64,000 nt of DNA from Acidimicrobiia bacterium. Its GTDB lineage: Bacteria > Actinomycetota > Acidimicrobiia > Spongiisociales > ZC4RG35. The translations under genes and the position numbers were made by a program. Location of the stretch: positions 15,698 through 79,697 of the forward strand of contig DATKCZ010000023.1 in the NCBI GenBank assembly GCA_035512955.1, written 5' to 3'. The notes under the pieces were generated by a model. That model had not been told where the DNA came from and did no database searches. It was given only the letters and a program-made list of their open reading frames with translations. This document shows positions 1 through 9,229 of this stretch, piece after piece (position 1 is the first letter of the stretch; each line of letters starts with the position of its first letter).

Positions 1-550
1 CTTGAAGGATCTGATTTCGGCTCATCGCCAAGCCGGCGTTCTCCGCCAGAAACCAGAGCAGGTCGAACTCCTTCGCCGTGGGGTCGACCACCTCCCCCGA
101 CGGAGCGGAGACGCTGCGCTTGCCACTGTCGATCTCGTAGCCGGCGATCTCGATGATGCGTGGTTTCGCCGGGGGCTCCTCGGAGCGGCGGAGCACCGCC
201 TTGACCCTGGCCAGCAACTCCCTCGGGGAGAACGGCTTGGTCACGTAGTCGTCGGCACCCATCTCCAGGCCGAGCACCTTGTCGACCTCGGAGTCACGCG
301 CGGTGAGCATGATCACCGGGGTCTTGGCGAACTCCCGGATCCGGCGACACGTCTCGACACCGTCGATCCCGGGCAGGTTGAGGTCGAGGAGTATCGCCGA
401 CACCGGTCGAATGCGGAGACGCTCCACCGCCTCCTCACCGGTGAGGGCATGAAGGAACCGATAGCCGTCACGCTCGAAGAAGGTCCTGAGCATGTCGGCG
501 ATGGCGTCGTCGTCCTCGACGAGCAGCACCGATCTCGGCGTTGCGGACAT
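1..550 (-). CDS. OmpR-family two-component response regulator (partial, C-terminus runs off window start)
   Basis: Reverse-strand translation from ATG (rc of 548-550) gives MSATPRSVLLVEDDDAIADMLRTFFERDGY...LDLNLPGIDG...PVIMLTAR, then a winged-helix tail (PFSPRELLARVKAVLRR). No stop within window, so it is absent from the ORF track. The track ORF 2..601(+) is its antisense artifact. Confidence 0.8.
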   Translation of the reverse strand, partial: MSATPRSVLLVEDDDAIADMLRTFFERDGYRFLHALTGEEAVERLRIRPVSAILLDLNLPGIDGVETCRRIREFAKTPVIMLTARDSEVDKVLGLEMGADDYVTKPFSPRELLARVKAVLRRSEEPPAKPRIIEIAGYEIDSGKRSVSAPSGEVVDPTAKEFDLLWFLAENAGLAMSRNQILQ

Positions 551-589
551 GACCACAGTCTGACCTTGCAATTGTTAAGAACCGGTGAA

Positions 590-1390
590 CTATCCCGGTG
601 ATTCGAGGGGAAGCTCCCTCACCTCTGCGCTGACCCCTCTGACCTCGACGGTGTCCCCGACGGCGACCACGCGTCGCAGCATGGCCAGACCGAGGGTGTC
701 GATGGCGGAGGTGACGACACCCACCTCCTCACCACCGAAGGCGACGACGTCACCGGTGGTGATGTCGCCCGACCCTGCCAGCAAGCGCAGGTGGCGTGGG
801 GTGTTGGCGCCCCGGCTCTCGATGCGTGCGACCAACTCCTGACCGAGGAAACATCCCTTGTCGAAGTCGACGCTCGAGGCGACCAGCCCCGACTCGTGGG
901 GGATGGTCGCCTCATCCACATCCACGCCCCACTTGGGCACCCCGGCCGCTATTCGCAGACTCTCGTACTCATCTGGCGGCCCTTCGTCGAGGTCGGGCCG
1001 ATCTCCGATCACCAGATGGCGCTCCACACCGGGCCAGGAGACGTCGAAGCCGACCCACTCGCCGACGACGACCCACACCCCTCCGGTCTCAGGGGCGATG
1101 TCGACTTCGACCCCGATTCGGTACCGGCCCAATGCCGTGGCGAGCTCATCGCCCCGCCCGGGGTCGGTGACCAGCCCGACCCGCTCCTCGTCTCGAAGGG
1201 CCCAGAGGAGGAAGTGGAGCTTTCCCTGGGGCACGAGGAGGAAGGAGCGGCGTGACTGTCCCGGCGTCATGTCGCCCAGCTCCTGGCTGACCAGGGCATT
1301 GAGGAACTCGGGGGCGTCGGGCCCGGCGAACCAGACGACCTCGGGCGTCTCCGGAGCGAGCCAGGGGGTGTCAGATCGAGGCGAGGTCAC
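590..1390 (-). CDS. ygfZ: YgfZ/GcvT-like folate-binding protein (Fe-S cluster repair)
   Basis: 266 aa with the KGCFLGQE motif (YgfZ signature K-G-C-[YF]-x-G-Q-E). Glycine-cleavage T-like fold composition. Confidence 0.65.
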   Translation of the reverse strand: MTSPRSDTPWLAPETPEVVWFAGPDAPEFLNALVSQELGDMTPGQSRRSFLLVPQGKLHFLLWALRDEERVGLVTDPGRGDELATALGRYRIGVEVDIAPETGGVWVVVGEWVGFDVSWPGVERHLVIGDRPDLDEGPPDEYESLRIAAGVPKWGVDVDEATIPHESGLVASSVDFDKGCFLGQELVARIESRGANTPRHLRLLAGSGDITTGDVVAFGGEEVGVVTSAIDTLGLAMLRRVVAVGDTVEVRGVSAEVRELPLESPG

Positions 1391-2141
1391 GAAGGAAGGG
1401 TATGTCGAGAAACACGTTGACGAACCAGGTGGACAGCACCCCGAGGTTTCCGGTCACCATGACCACGCCGAAGAGTGCGAGCAGCGCACCGGAGGTGATG
1501 TTGATGGGTCGCAGGTAGGGCTTGAGCCTGCCAAAGAACTTGAAGAGGCCGACACCCGCCAGGAGAAAAGGCACCCCCAGCCCCAGCGAGTAGGCGACGA
1601 GCAGCAGTATGCCGTTCCCGACGGTGCCCTGGGTGGCGGCCGTGGCCAGGATCACCGTCAACACCGGGCCGATGCAGGGCGACCAACCAAACCCGAAGGC
1701 CGCTCCCATCACCGGTGGTGCCCACTTGCCCAGTCTCGAAGGTCTGACATGGACCCGCTTCTCCTGGCTGACCGTAGCGAGGAACCCCCTGTTGGAAACC
1801 GCCATGCCCACCATGAGGAGCCCGAAGACGATGATGATCAGACCGGCTGCCCGGGTGAGGGTCCCCAGGTTGGCCCGGAGAAACTGGCCGAAGCCGGTGG
1901 CGACCGCCCCGATGCCGGCGAACACCACGGTGAATCCCAGGATGAACAGGAGGATGACCCGCAGCATCCTTCTGGTGGAGACCTGGCCCTGTTCGAGCTG
2001 GGTTGCCGAGTAGCCCGACATCATCGACAGATAGCCCGGAAGCAGAGGGAGGACACAAGGGGAGACGAAGGAGATCACGCCGGCGCCGAAGGCGATCACG
2101 ACCTGGACGATGAAGGCGGCCTCCCCGACGTTCTCGAACAT
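1371..2141 (-). CDS. ccdA: Cytochrome c-type biogenesis protein CcdA (DsbD-family thiol-disulfide transporter)
   Basis: 256 aa polytopic membrane protein with two SPC-containing motifs (SFVSPCVLPLLPGYL and GWSPCIGPVL), typical of CcdA/DsbD transmembrane domains. Confidence 0.8.
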   Translation of the reverse strand: MFENVGEAAFIVQVVIAFGAGVISFVSPCVLPLLPGYLSMMSGYSATQLEQGQVSTRRMLRVILLFILGFTVVFAGIGAVATGFGQFLRANLGTLTRAAGLIIIVFGLLMVGMAVSNRGFLATVSQEKRVHVRPSRLGKWAPPVMGAAFGFGWSPCIGPVLTVILATAATQGTVGNGILLLVAYSLGLGVPFLLAGVGLFKFFGRLKPYLRPINITSGALLALFGVVMVTGNLGVLSTWFVNVFLDIPFLRDLASI

Positions 2142-2275
2142 TGCTGTACCTCGATGGGCGTTGTTCTCATGATCTTCGCACGACCCAGTGCTCAGTCACA
2201 CGACGTCGGCGAGTCTCAGGGCGAGTCAGCGGCGGCAAACGTCGTGGGGCGGAGCGTGAGGTTTACCCTCGCCGA

Positions 2276-3520
2276 ATGCGATCTGTCTTTCGACGGGCCA
2301 TCGACCCCATCCTCCCGGTAGGTCGCTTCACTGCCTTCGATCGCCGAGTCGTCTTCATCATCTGGGTGGGAGGGCTGATACAGGGTTTCGCCCAGTCACA
2401 GGCGAGCGCCAGCCTGCCCTTCACCCGGGTCGGTCTCGGGCTGAGCGAGGGTGAGATGAGCTTGCTGCTCGGGATCGCCCGTCTCGCCGCCTTCGCCGCA
2501 TTGCCGATCGGGTGGCTCGGCGACCACCGGGGTCGGCGCAAGCCATTTCTGGTGGCGATGACTCTGGTGGTGGCCGGAGGGGCACTCGCCGGCCTTGCCG
2601 TGGAGGCCTGGCAGTTCGGTCTGTTCCACGGCCTGTTGAGAACCGGGACGGCGGCCACCTCCGCCCTCGCGGTGGTGATCCTCGCCGAGACGGTGAGCGC
2701 CCCGATCCGGGCATATGCCATCTCGTTCTATGGGGCGGCAGTGTCGCTCGGCAGCGGCATGGCGCTGATGGCCCTCCCCCTCGCGGACGGCGGCGGGGAG
2801 GCTTGGAGGATCCCCCATCTCCTCACCGCTGCGGGGTTCTTGCTGCTCCCCTTTCTGATCAAGAGCGTGCCCGAGGGAACGGTCTACGCCGACGATCCCA
2901 AAGGCGGTCACTGGAACGAGCTCACCTCCGGGGTCTGGGCGAGACGATTCTGGACGATCGTGGTGATCAATGTCCTTTCCGCGGCCTACGGGGCGGTGGG
3001 TGCCGCATTCTCCACCGAGCGGCTCATCGGGGACCTCGGTGTCAGCACCGGCCAGACCGTGCTGACACTCCTGTTGGGGGGGACGCTCGGAGGTGTTGGC
3101 TTCTTCGTCGGTGGTCATCTCGCCGATACGTGGGGGCGTCGCCGCACCTCCATCTTCAGCCTCCTGCTCACCATCGCCGGTGGGGTGACCCTCTACTCGG
3201 CCACGTCGTTCCCGGTGGTGGTGATCGCCGCGATGGTCTCCGCCTTCGGGACGTTCGCCTTCGTGCCCTCGGGTGGCTCGCATCGCGCCGAGCTCTTCCC
3301 CACCCACCTCCGTTCCAGCGCCAACACCGCTGCGACCAACGCGGCGCTGGCCGGGTCGGCGCTGGGTCTCATCTCCGGGATCTGGACGATCGAGACGATG
3401 GGCCTGTCCAACACGATCTATCTGTTGGCGGTGGGTGTCGCCATCGCCGCCTTGCTCACCGCAACCCTCGACGAGACCATGGGTCAGGACTTGAGAGCGG
3501 TCTCGGCCGACCGCCGGTAA
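2276..3520 (+). CDS. MFS transporter
   Basis: About 12 predicted TM segments and the MFS loop motif GWLGDHRGRRKP. The track ORF starts at 2141 but the first 45 aa look like GC-frame extension; MRSVFRR at 2276 is a plausible start. Confidence 0.65.
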   Translation: MRSVFRRAIDPILPVGRFTAFDRRVVFIIWVGGLIQGFAQSQASASLPFTRVGLGLSEGEMSLLLGIARLAAFAALPIGWLGDHRGRRKPFLVAMTLVVAGGALAGLAVEAWQFGLFHGLLRTGTAATSALAVVILAETVSAPIRAYAISFYGAAVSLGSGMALMALPLADGGGEAWRIPHLLTAAGFLLLPFLIKSVPEGTVYADDPKGGHWNELTSGVWARRFWTIVVINVLSAAYGAVGAAFSTERLIGDLGVSTGQTVLTLLLGGTLGGVGFFVGGHLADTWGRRRTSIFSLLLTIAGGVTLYSATSFPVVVIAAMVSAFGTFAFVPSGGSHRAELFPTHLRSSANTAATNAALAGSALGLISGIWTIETMGLSNTIYLLAVGVAIAALLTATLDETMGQDLRAVSADRR

Positions 3521-4788
3521 CCGATCAGCAACACCACTCCCCTAACCACCAGCATCACCGCCAGCGCCCACCAGATCCCATTGAGGGTGTCGCCCAGGGG
3601 CGTGGCCAGCATCAGCCCCACCGCCACCACTGCGCCGAGCCCGGTGGAGACGACCATCGTCCCCAGGGCGAGGAGGCCGAGGAAGATCCCATCGGCCACG
3701 AAGAGAACTGCGGCCACCGGCTCGATGAGGGCCACCACGCCTCCGGCACCGATGGCCAGGTCTGCTACCACCGCATCGCCGGTGATGGCCCCGAGACCGA
3801 ATCTCCCCACAGCCACGCCCAACATCAAGATGAGACCGGCGACCGCGCCCCAACCCACCAGTCGGCGGTTCAGCGCATCGAGGGTCTCCATCTCGCCCCG
3901 GGCAGCGGTCTCACCGACCATGGCCTGAGCCGCGATCGCAAAGGAGTCGGCCAGCAGCGCCGTCAGGAGGAAGACCTGGGCGACCAGCTGGTGAGCGGCT
4001 ATCTCCTCGGGGCCCAGACGAGTCGCCACCGCGGCGGCGATGGTGAACGAGCCGAGCAACAACCCGGTGCGCATGGTGAGGAGAGCACCGTTTCGCCCCA
4101 GGTCGAGAAGCGAAGGCAGGGCCTCGGTCAGGCCGCGAGGACGGGATGCCATCTCCCTTGCGACCATCAGGCGGATGAACCACGCGGCTCCGAGGTATTG
4201 GGCGATGACGGTGGCGATCGCCGCACCCTCCAGTCCCCACCCGAGCCCGAAGATCATCAGCGGGTCTAGCACCAGGTTGAGGAGATTGACCCCCAAGGCG
4301 ACCTTGAGAGGGGTCCTGGTGTCCTTGTGCCCCCTGAACGCCCCGTGACCCGCGGTGACCACCAGGACCGCCGGCGTGGCCAGGGCGCGGATCCGTAGAT
4401 AACCGACCGCGGGGTCGGCGACATCGGGGGTGGCGCCCATCAGGTCGACGAGCAGGGGTGCGGCCAGTTCCAGGGCCACCGACACCAGCAACCCCAGGGT
4501 CAGCGCAAGGACGAGGGCGTCGCCGACCCATCTTCTCGCCTCCTCGACGCGACCCTGGCCCAGGGCGCGGGCCACGAGTGGTGTCACCACATAAGCCAGG
4601 AAGTTGAAGGCGAAGAAGGCGAACCCGAAGATCGCGGTGTCGACGCCGAGGGCGGCGAGCTCGACGGTCCCCAGCGTCGCCACGAAGGCGGTGTCGGCCA
4701 GGGTGAGCAGCGGATCGATGGCGAGGGCACCCAGGGCCGGCAGGGCCAGTCCCAGTATCTCCCTGTCGGCCGGGCCCAGCCGGGCGGT
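3484..4788 (-). CDS. MATE family efflux transporter (DinF/NorM-like)
   Basis: 12-TM protein with a MATE-like duplicated 6-TM architecture and conserved glycine/proline spacing. True start is probably internal (the VTARLG region) because the ORF N-terminus overlaps nth. Confidence 0.7.
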   Translation of the reverse strand, partial: TARLGPADREILGLALPALGALAIDPLLTLADTAFVATLGTVELAALGVDTAIFGFAFFAFNFLAYVVTPLVARALGQGRVEEARRWVGDALVLALTLGLLVSVALELAAPLLVDLMGATPDVADPAVGYLRIRALATPAVLVVTAGHGAFRGHKDTRTPLKVALGVNLLNLVLDPLMIFGLGWGLEGAAIATVIAQYLGAAWFIRLMVAREMASRPRGLTEALPSLLDLGRNGALLTMRTGLLLGSFTIAAAVATRLGPEEIAAHQLVAQVFLLTALLADSFAIAAQAMVGETAARGEMETLDALNRRLVGWGAVAGLILMLGVAVGRFGLGAITGDAVVADLAIGAGGVVALIEPVAAVLFVADGIFLGLLALGTMVVSTGLGAVVAVGLMLATPLGDTLNGIWWALAVMLVVRGVVLLIGYRRSAETALKS

Positions 4789-5480
4789 CACCTCGGGTTC
4801 TTCCCCGCTATCTCGAACCTGAGGGGCCACTCACAGAGTGAGAACAGCTCGCAGGCCCCGCAGTCGGGGCGCTTCGCCTCGCAGGTGTCGCGGCCGAACT
4901 GGATATAACGCATCGAGATCCCCGACCAGGCGTCCTTGGGGTAGAGCGCCTTGAGATCGGTCTCGATCTTGACCGGGTCGGACTCCTTGGTCAGCCCGAG
5001 CCTGGCGGCCACCCTCCGCACATGAGTGTCCACGGCGATGGCAGGGATGTCCCAAACCTCGGCCAGCACCACCGAGGCGGTCTTGCGACCCACGCCACGC
5101 AGCTCGACGAGCATGCCGAGATCGGGCGGGACCACCCCGTCGTGGAGGTCTACGAGGTCCTGGGAGAGACTGATGATCGACTGGGTCTTCTGGCGGTAGA
5201 AACCGGTGGAGAAGACGATTGCCTCCACCTCTTCGGGGTTGGCGTTGGCGAGGTCGGAAGGCGTCGGATAACGGGCGAACAGGTTCGGGGCGACCTTGTT
5301 GACGTTCTCGTCGGTGGTCTGTGCCGACAGGACCGTCACCACCAGCAGCTGCCATGCGTTCTCGTAGTCGAGGGCGGTGCCCAGTTCGGGATAACGTCGT
5401 CGAAGACGATTGAGCACGGCGCGGGCCCGGCCCCGCTCGCCGGTAGTGGGTGTCGAGCCGTCGGCCCGGGTTCGCGGCAT
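4788..5480 (-). CDS. nth: Endonuclease III (DNA glycosylase/AP lyase)
   Basis: HhH-GPD domain (LVELRGVGRKTASVVL) and a C-terminal 4Fe-4S loop CEAKRPDCGACELFSLC (C-x6-C-x2-C-x5-C). Start taken at MPRTRADG (ATG rc of 5478-5480). Confidence 0.85.
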   Translation of the reverse strand: MPRTRADGSTPTTGERGRARAVLNRLRRRYPELGTALDYENAWQLLVVTVLSAQTTDENVNKVAPNLFARYPTPSDLANANPEEVEAIVFSTGFYRQKTQSIISLSQDLVDLHDGVVPPDLGMLVELRGVGRKTASVVLAEVWDIPAIAVDTHVRRVAARLGLTKESDPVKIETDLKALYPKDAWSGISMRYIQFGRDTCEAKRPDCGACELFSLCEWPLRFEIAGKNPR

Positions 5481-5517
5481 TCGAGGCAGGGTATCCCACG
5501 TCCTAGTCTCCCAGCCG

Positions 5518-6405
5518 GTGTTCGCCGCCAGAGACAACCGCGCCATCCTCGCCCTGCTCGGGGCCTCTTTCCTCTTCGGAGCCACCTTCGTGGTGGTCAA
5601 GTCGGCCCTCGACGAGATCGAGCCGCTCGGCTTCATCGCCTGGCGCTTCGCCATCGGCGCGGCGGTCCTCGCCATCCTGGCCATCCCTCGTGGGAAGGCT
5701 CTCTGGCTGCACGGTTTTCTCGCCGGGCTGGCTCTCTTCGCCGGCTACGCCCTGCAGACCAGCGGGCTGGTCTTCACGAGCGCCAGCAACTCGGCGCTGA
5801 TCACCGGCCTCTATGTGGTGATGACACCGTTTCTCGCCACACTGTTCAGCCGACGCGCCCCCAGCCCCTGGGTGGTGACAGGAGCCGCCGCCGCCTTCGG
5901 CGGGGTGGCCCTGCTCACCGGGTTGGACGGTTCCAGCCTGGGGAGAGGCGACGTGCTCACCCTGGGATGCGCCCTGGCGTTCGCCACCCACATCGTGGTA
6001 CTCGCCCGGTATGCCCGTCAACATCCGGTGATCCCGTTCACCACCGTCCAGTTGCTGGTGACCGCAGGGCTCTCCCTGTTGGCCTCGTGGCGTTTCGAGG
6101 CCGGTCCGGGAATCCCCGACCGGTCGGTGTGGGGTGCCCTGGCACTCACCGGCATCGGAGTCACCGTAGGGGCGTTCCTGCTCCAGGTCTGGGCCCAAAC
6201 GGTGGTCGGGTCGGCGACTGCAGCCATCGTGCTGTCGGCCGAGCCCGCCTTCGGGGTGGCCACCGCCTGGGTGGTGCTCGGCGAACGGCTCTCATTGCGA
6301 GGGTGGGTCGGTGCCGCCTTGATCGTGGCCGCGATCTACGTGGTCGTCACCAAGCAGCGCGACCACGCCTCGCGAGAGGCCGAGGCGGTGACGCCGGCTC
6401 ACTGA
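5518..6405 (+). CDS. DMT/EamA family transporter
   Basis: 10-TM protein with two EamA-like halves. The upstream part of the track ORF (5410-5517) overlaps nth and is likely not translated. Confidence 0.65.
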   Translation: MFAARDNRAILALLGASFLFGATFVVVKSALDEIEPLGFIAWRFAIGAAVLAILAIPRGKALWLHGFLAGLALFAGYALQTSGLVFTSASNSALITGLYVVMTPFLATLFSRRAPSPWVVTGAAAAFGGVALLTGLDGSSLGRGDVLTLGCALAFATHIVVLARYARQHPVIPFTTVQLLVTAGLSLLASWRFEAGPGIPDRSVWGALALTGIGVTVGAFLLQVWAQTVVGSATAAIVLSAEPAFGVATAWVVLGERLSLRGWVGAALIVAAIYVVVTKQRDHASREAEAVTPAH

Positions 6406-6719
6406 CTCACTTGATAGGTGTCGTCTTGAAGACGCCGGGCCAGCCTCATCAACAGCCGGATGCCGAGGACGGTGAAGAAGAGCCCGAGGCTGAGGATGAT
6501 GATCAGCTCCGCCCCGGTCGAGTATGGCTTGTCACACACGTCGATGCCTCCGGGGCACAGACCCCACCCGGTGCCACCGTCGAGCAGGTCGATGAGGACG
6601 AGGATGGGGACCAATCCGATGGCAATCGCCACGACCACCAGGATGAACACCGCCAGTCTCACCAGGAACACGGCCACAATGTTCACAAGGTAACCAGGAA
6701 CAACTCTGAAACCGCACAC
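6399..6719 (-). CDS. Small hypothetical membrane protein (2 TM)
   Basis: 106 aa with two hydrophobic helices flanking a GWGLCPGGIDVCDKPY loop. It lies downstream of folA on the same strand. Confidence 0.35.
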   Translation of the reverse strand: MCGFRVVPGYLVNIVAVFLVRLAVFILVVVAIAIGLVPILVLIDLLDGGTGWGLCPGGIDVCDKPYSTGAELIIILSLGLFFTVLGIRLLMRLARRLQDDTYQVSQ

Positions 6720-6749
6720 ATTGCCAGACCCGTGCCGGACGCTCGCCGT

Positions 6750-7217
6750 TCACACTCGGTCGTAGGTGACGAAGCTGAAGCCCGGGTGGCGGTGACGAGA
6801 TGTTTCCTCCCATTGGGACCAGTCGACCGGGGGAAACCAGGTGTCGCCTTCGGGCTCGACGTCGACCTCGGTCAGCTCGAGCCGGTCGGCCTTGCTCAAC
6901 GTCTGACGGTAGACCTCGGCCCCACCCGCGACGAAGACGTCGTGGCCGCTCGAAGCGGCGATCGCCAGCGCATCATCGAGTGAACCGGCCACCTCCACAC
7001 CGGCGTGGGACCAGCCGGGACGACGGGTGAGCACGACGTTGGTCCGGCCCGGGAGGGGCCGGCCTATCGACTGGAACGTCGCCCGACCCATCACCACGGC
7101 GTGGCCCATGGTGAGCCGCTTGAAGCGAGCGAGGTCTTCGGGAATCCGCCAGGGGAGACGACCGTCGGCGCCGATCACGCCGTTGCGCCCGATGGCGGCC
7201 ACGATCACGATCCGCAT
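6750..7217 (-). CDS. folA: Dihydrofolate reductase
   Basis: MRIVIVAAIGRNGVIGADGRLPWRIPEDLARFKRLTMGHAVVMGRATFQSIG is a classic DHFR N-terminus, with the VAGGAEVY motif. Confidence 0.9.
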   Translation of the reverse strand: MRIVIVAAIGRNGVIGADGRLPWRIPEDLARFKRLTMGHAVVMGRATFQSIGRPLPGRTNVVLTRRPGWSHAGVEVAGSLDDALAIAASSGHDVFVAGGAEVYRQTLSKADRLELTEVDVEPEGDTWFPPVDWSQWEETSRHRHPGFSFVTYDRV

Positions 7218-7235
7218 TGGATCAGTGGCGGGCCA

Positions 7236-8030
7236 CTAAACGGCGATCGGAGCTCGGATCGCAGGGTGCGGGTCGTACCCCACGACCTCGACGTCGTCGA
7301 TGTCGAACTCGTCGAGAGCCCGGCGCTCCGGATTGAGCCGCAGGGTGGGAAGAGGTCGTGGCTCTCGCTCGAGTTGGAGCCGGGTCTGTTCGATGTGGTT
7401 GAGGTACAGGTGGGCGTCACCCAGCGTGTGGACGAAGTCGCCGACCTCGAGGTCGCACACCTGGGCGACCATGTGGGTGAGCAGTGCGTAGGAAGCGATG
7501 TTGAACGGCACCCCGAGGAAGATGTCGGCCGAGCGCTGGTAGAGCTGACAGCTCAGCCGGCCTTCGGCGACATAGAACTGAAACAGCGTGTGGCAGGGCG
7601 GCAGGGCCATGTCCTCGACGTCCGCCACGTTCCAGGCGCTGACGATGTGCCGGCGCGATTCCGGTGTCTCCTTGATCGATGAGACCACCCGGGCGATCTG
7701 GTCGATGTGATCGCCGTCAGGCGTCGGCCATGAGCGCCACTGGTAGCCGTACACCGGGCCCAGGTCACCGTGCTCGTCGGCCCATTCGTCCCAAATGGTC
7801 ACGCCTCGCTCATGCAACCAGCCGACATTGGTCGAACCGCGCAGGAACCAAAACAACTCGGCGATGACGGAGCGCAGGTGGACCTTCTTCGTCGTCACCA
7901 GAGGGAATCCAGCTGAGAGGTCGTAGCGCATCTGGTGGCCGAACACCGACACGGTCCCGGTCCCGGTCCGGTCGGTCCTCTCTGCTCCCTCGTCCAGGAC
8001 CCGGGCGAGGAGGTCGTGATACTCCAGCAC
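7236..8030 (-). CDS. thyA: Thymidylate synthase
   Basis: 264 aa with the catalytic PCH motif ([12 protein letters not shown]), [22 protein letters not shown] and DAHLY. Forms a thyA-folA operon. Confidence 0.92.
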   Translation of the reverse strand: MLEYHDLLARVLDEGAERTDRTGTGTVSVFGHQMRYDLSAGFPLVTTKKVHLRSVIAELFWFLRGSTNVGWLHERGVTIWDEWADEHGDLGPVYGYQWRSWPTPDGDHIDQIARVVSSIKETPESRRHIVSAWNVADVEDMALPPCHTLFQFYVAEGRLSCQLYQRSADIFLGVPFNIASYALLTHMVAQVCDLEVGDFVHTLGDAHLYLNHIEQTRLQLEREPRPLPTLRLNPERRALDEFDIDDVEVVGYDPHPAIRAPIAV

Positions 8031-8153
8031 CGGGCCATCGTACCGAGGCGCCCCGCCCCAGCGGTGTCAAACCCTCGGTTCGTTTCCCGTTCCGTGCCGT
8101 GGTGAGCGCGTGACGCGCCATGGGCCCGCACACAACCGGGTTATCGTTTCACC

Positions 8154-8372
8154 ATGGCCCAATTCGATGTCGACGCCATGATCAAACGCTATGCCGAGCG
8201 TGCCACGGCGGTCCGCGACCGCCCGCTCCCCCCAGTCGCCGGAAACGAGCGACAGAAATTCATCAAGCAAGCCGAGCTCGACTACACCGACTTCGCTTTG
8301 GTGGCCAACGCGTCATGGGAGATCGACGCCGGCTACCTGTTGCTGAAGATCCCGCTCCAGGCAAGCGACTGA
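8154..8372 (+). CDS. Small hypothetical protein (72 aa) upstream of the ArsA-like ATPase pair
   Basis: MAQFDVDAMIKRYAERATAVRDRPLPPVAGNERQKFIKQAELDYTDFALVANASWEIDAGYLLLK. Its composition is not GC-frame-artifact-like (K/I/F/Y/D/E present). It is co-directional with the downstream ATPases. Confidence 0.4.
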   Translation: MAQFDVDAMIKRYAERATAVRDRPLPPVAGNERQKFIKQAELDYTDFALVANASWEIDAGYLLLKIPLQASD

Positions 8373-8386
8373 GCCGCCGCGGCGGG

Positions 8387-9229
8387 ATGCTCGACAAGCG
8401 TCTGGTGATCGTCTCCGGCAAGGGGGGCGTCGGGAAGTCCGCGGTGAGCTCCGCCCTGGCGCTGCTCGCCCAGAGAAACGGTTTGCGGGTCCTTGCCGTG
8501 GAGATGGAGGCGGGTGGCCTCGCAGCCCACTTCGGCACCGGTCCGCTCGCCTTCGAGCCTCGTGAGGTGAGACCGGGTCTCCATGCCATGCGGATCGTCC
8601 GCTCCGACGCCCTGCTCGAATACCTCTCACTCCAACTTCGTCTTCCCGGGATGGGTCGTTTCGGGGCGGTGGCGCGCGCCTTCGACGCCCTGGCCACCGC
8701 GGCCCCCGCGGTGAGGGAGATCGTCTCGATAGGGAAGATCCTCTGGGAGGTCAAAGAGGACCGCTGGGACCTCGTCGTCGCCGACGCCCCACCGACCGGC
8801 CAGATCGCCAGCTACCTGAGGGCGCCGGCCTCGATCTCCGAGCTGGTCGCCACCGGGAGGATCCGCTCCCAGGCGGGGTGGATGGCCGACACGTTGCGTG
8901 ACCCGGCGAGGACCCGATTGGTGTTGGTGACCCTGCCCGAGGAGCTGCCCACCGCAGAGACCAGGGAGTCGATGGACTGGGTGGAGAAGACCGGCGTTGT
9001 CGGCCCACCACTGGTGATCACCAATCGTGTCCTCAGTGAGGTGACGGGGACCTCCACGCTCGAAGGCGTCGCCGGCGCGATGGTCCGTCTCCACCGTTCG
9101 CTGTGGACCGAGCAGCAGATCTGGCTCGATCGCCTTCCCCCGGATCTCAGCCTTCCCTATCTCTTCGGGCTCTTCACCCCCGGAGAGGTGGCGGCCCACA
9201 TCAGTGACGAGCTCGAGGCGCTCCGATGA
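8387..9229 (+). CDS. ArsA-like anion-transporter-family ATPase (ParA/MinD superfamily), first of a tandem pair
   Basis: Deviant Walker A in VIVSGKGGVGKSAV. DAPPTGQ takes the place of the ArsA DTAPTGH motif. Start reassigned to MLDKRLV (ATG 8387) because the track N-terminus is a GC-rich extension. Stop overlaps the next start (ATGA at 9226-9229). Confidence 0.75.
   Translation: MLDKRLVIVSGKGGVGKSAVSSALALLAQRNGLRVLAVEMEAGGLAAHFGTGPLAFEPREVRPGLHAMRIVRSDALLEYLSLQLRLPGMGRFGAVARAFDALATAAPAVREIVSIGKILWEVKEDRWDLVVADAPPTGQIASYLRAPASISELVATGRIRSQAGWMADTLRDPARTRLVLVTLPEELPTAETRESMDWVEKTGVVGPPLVITNRVLSEVTGTSTLEGVAGAMVRLHRSLWTEQQIWLDRLPPDLSLPYLFGLFTPGEVAAHISDELEALR

Noticed and set aside
2-601. 199-aa plus-strand ORF at the window start
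   Set aside because: It is the antisense frame of a clear OmpR-family response regulator encoded on the minus strand (1-550). Its composition is Arg/Gly/Leu-rich, typical of high-GC artifacts.
5022-6983. Long antisense or alternative-frame ORFs throughout the window
   Set aside because: Examples are 5022-6983(+) 653 aa, 9550-11079(-) 509 aa, 36244-37992(+) 582 aa, 62375-63700(-) 441 aa, 2396-3307(-), 11711-12739(+) and 12776-14287(+). All overlap well-supported genes on the other strand or frame, and their translations are dominated by R/G/P/H/D. This is typical of open frames in about 70% GC DNA.
8120-8386. Track ORF start at 8120 for the first ArsA-like ATPase (89-aa N-terminal extension)
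   Set aside because: The extension is Arg/Pro/His-rich and overlaps the better-looking 72-aa ORF (8154-8372) in another frame. The ATPase P-loop begins right after the internal Met at 8387.
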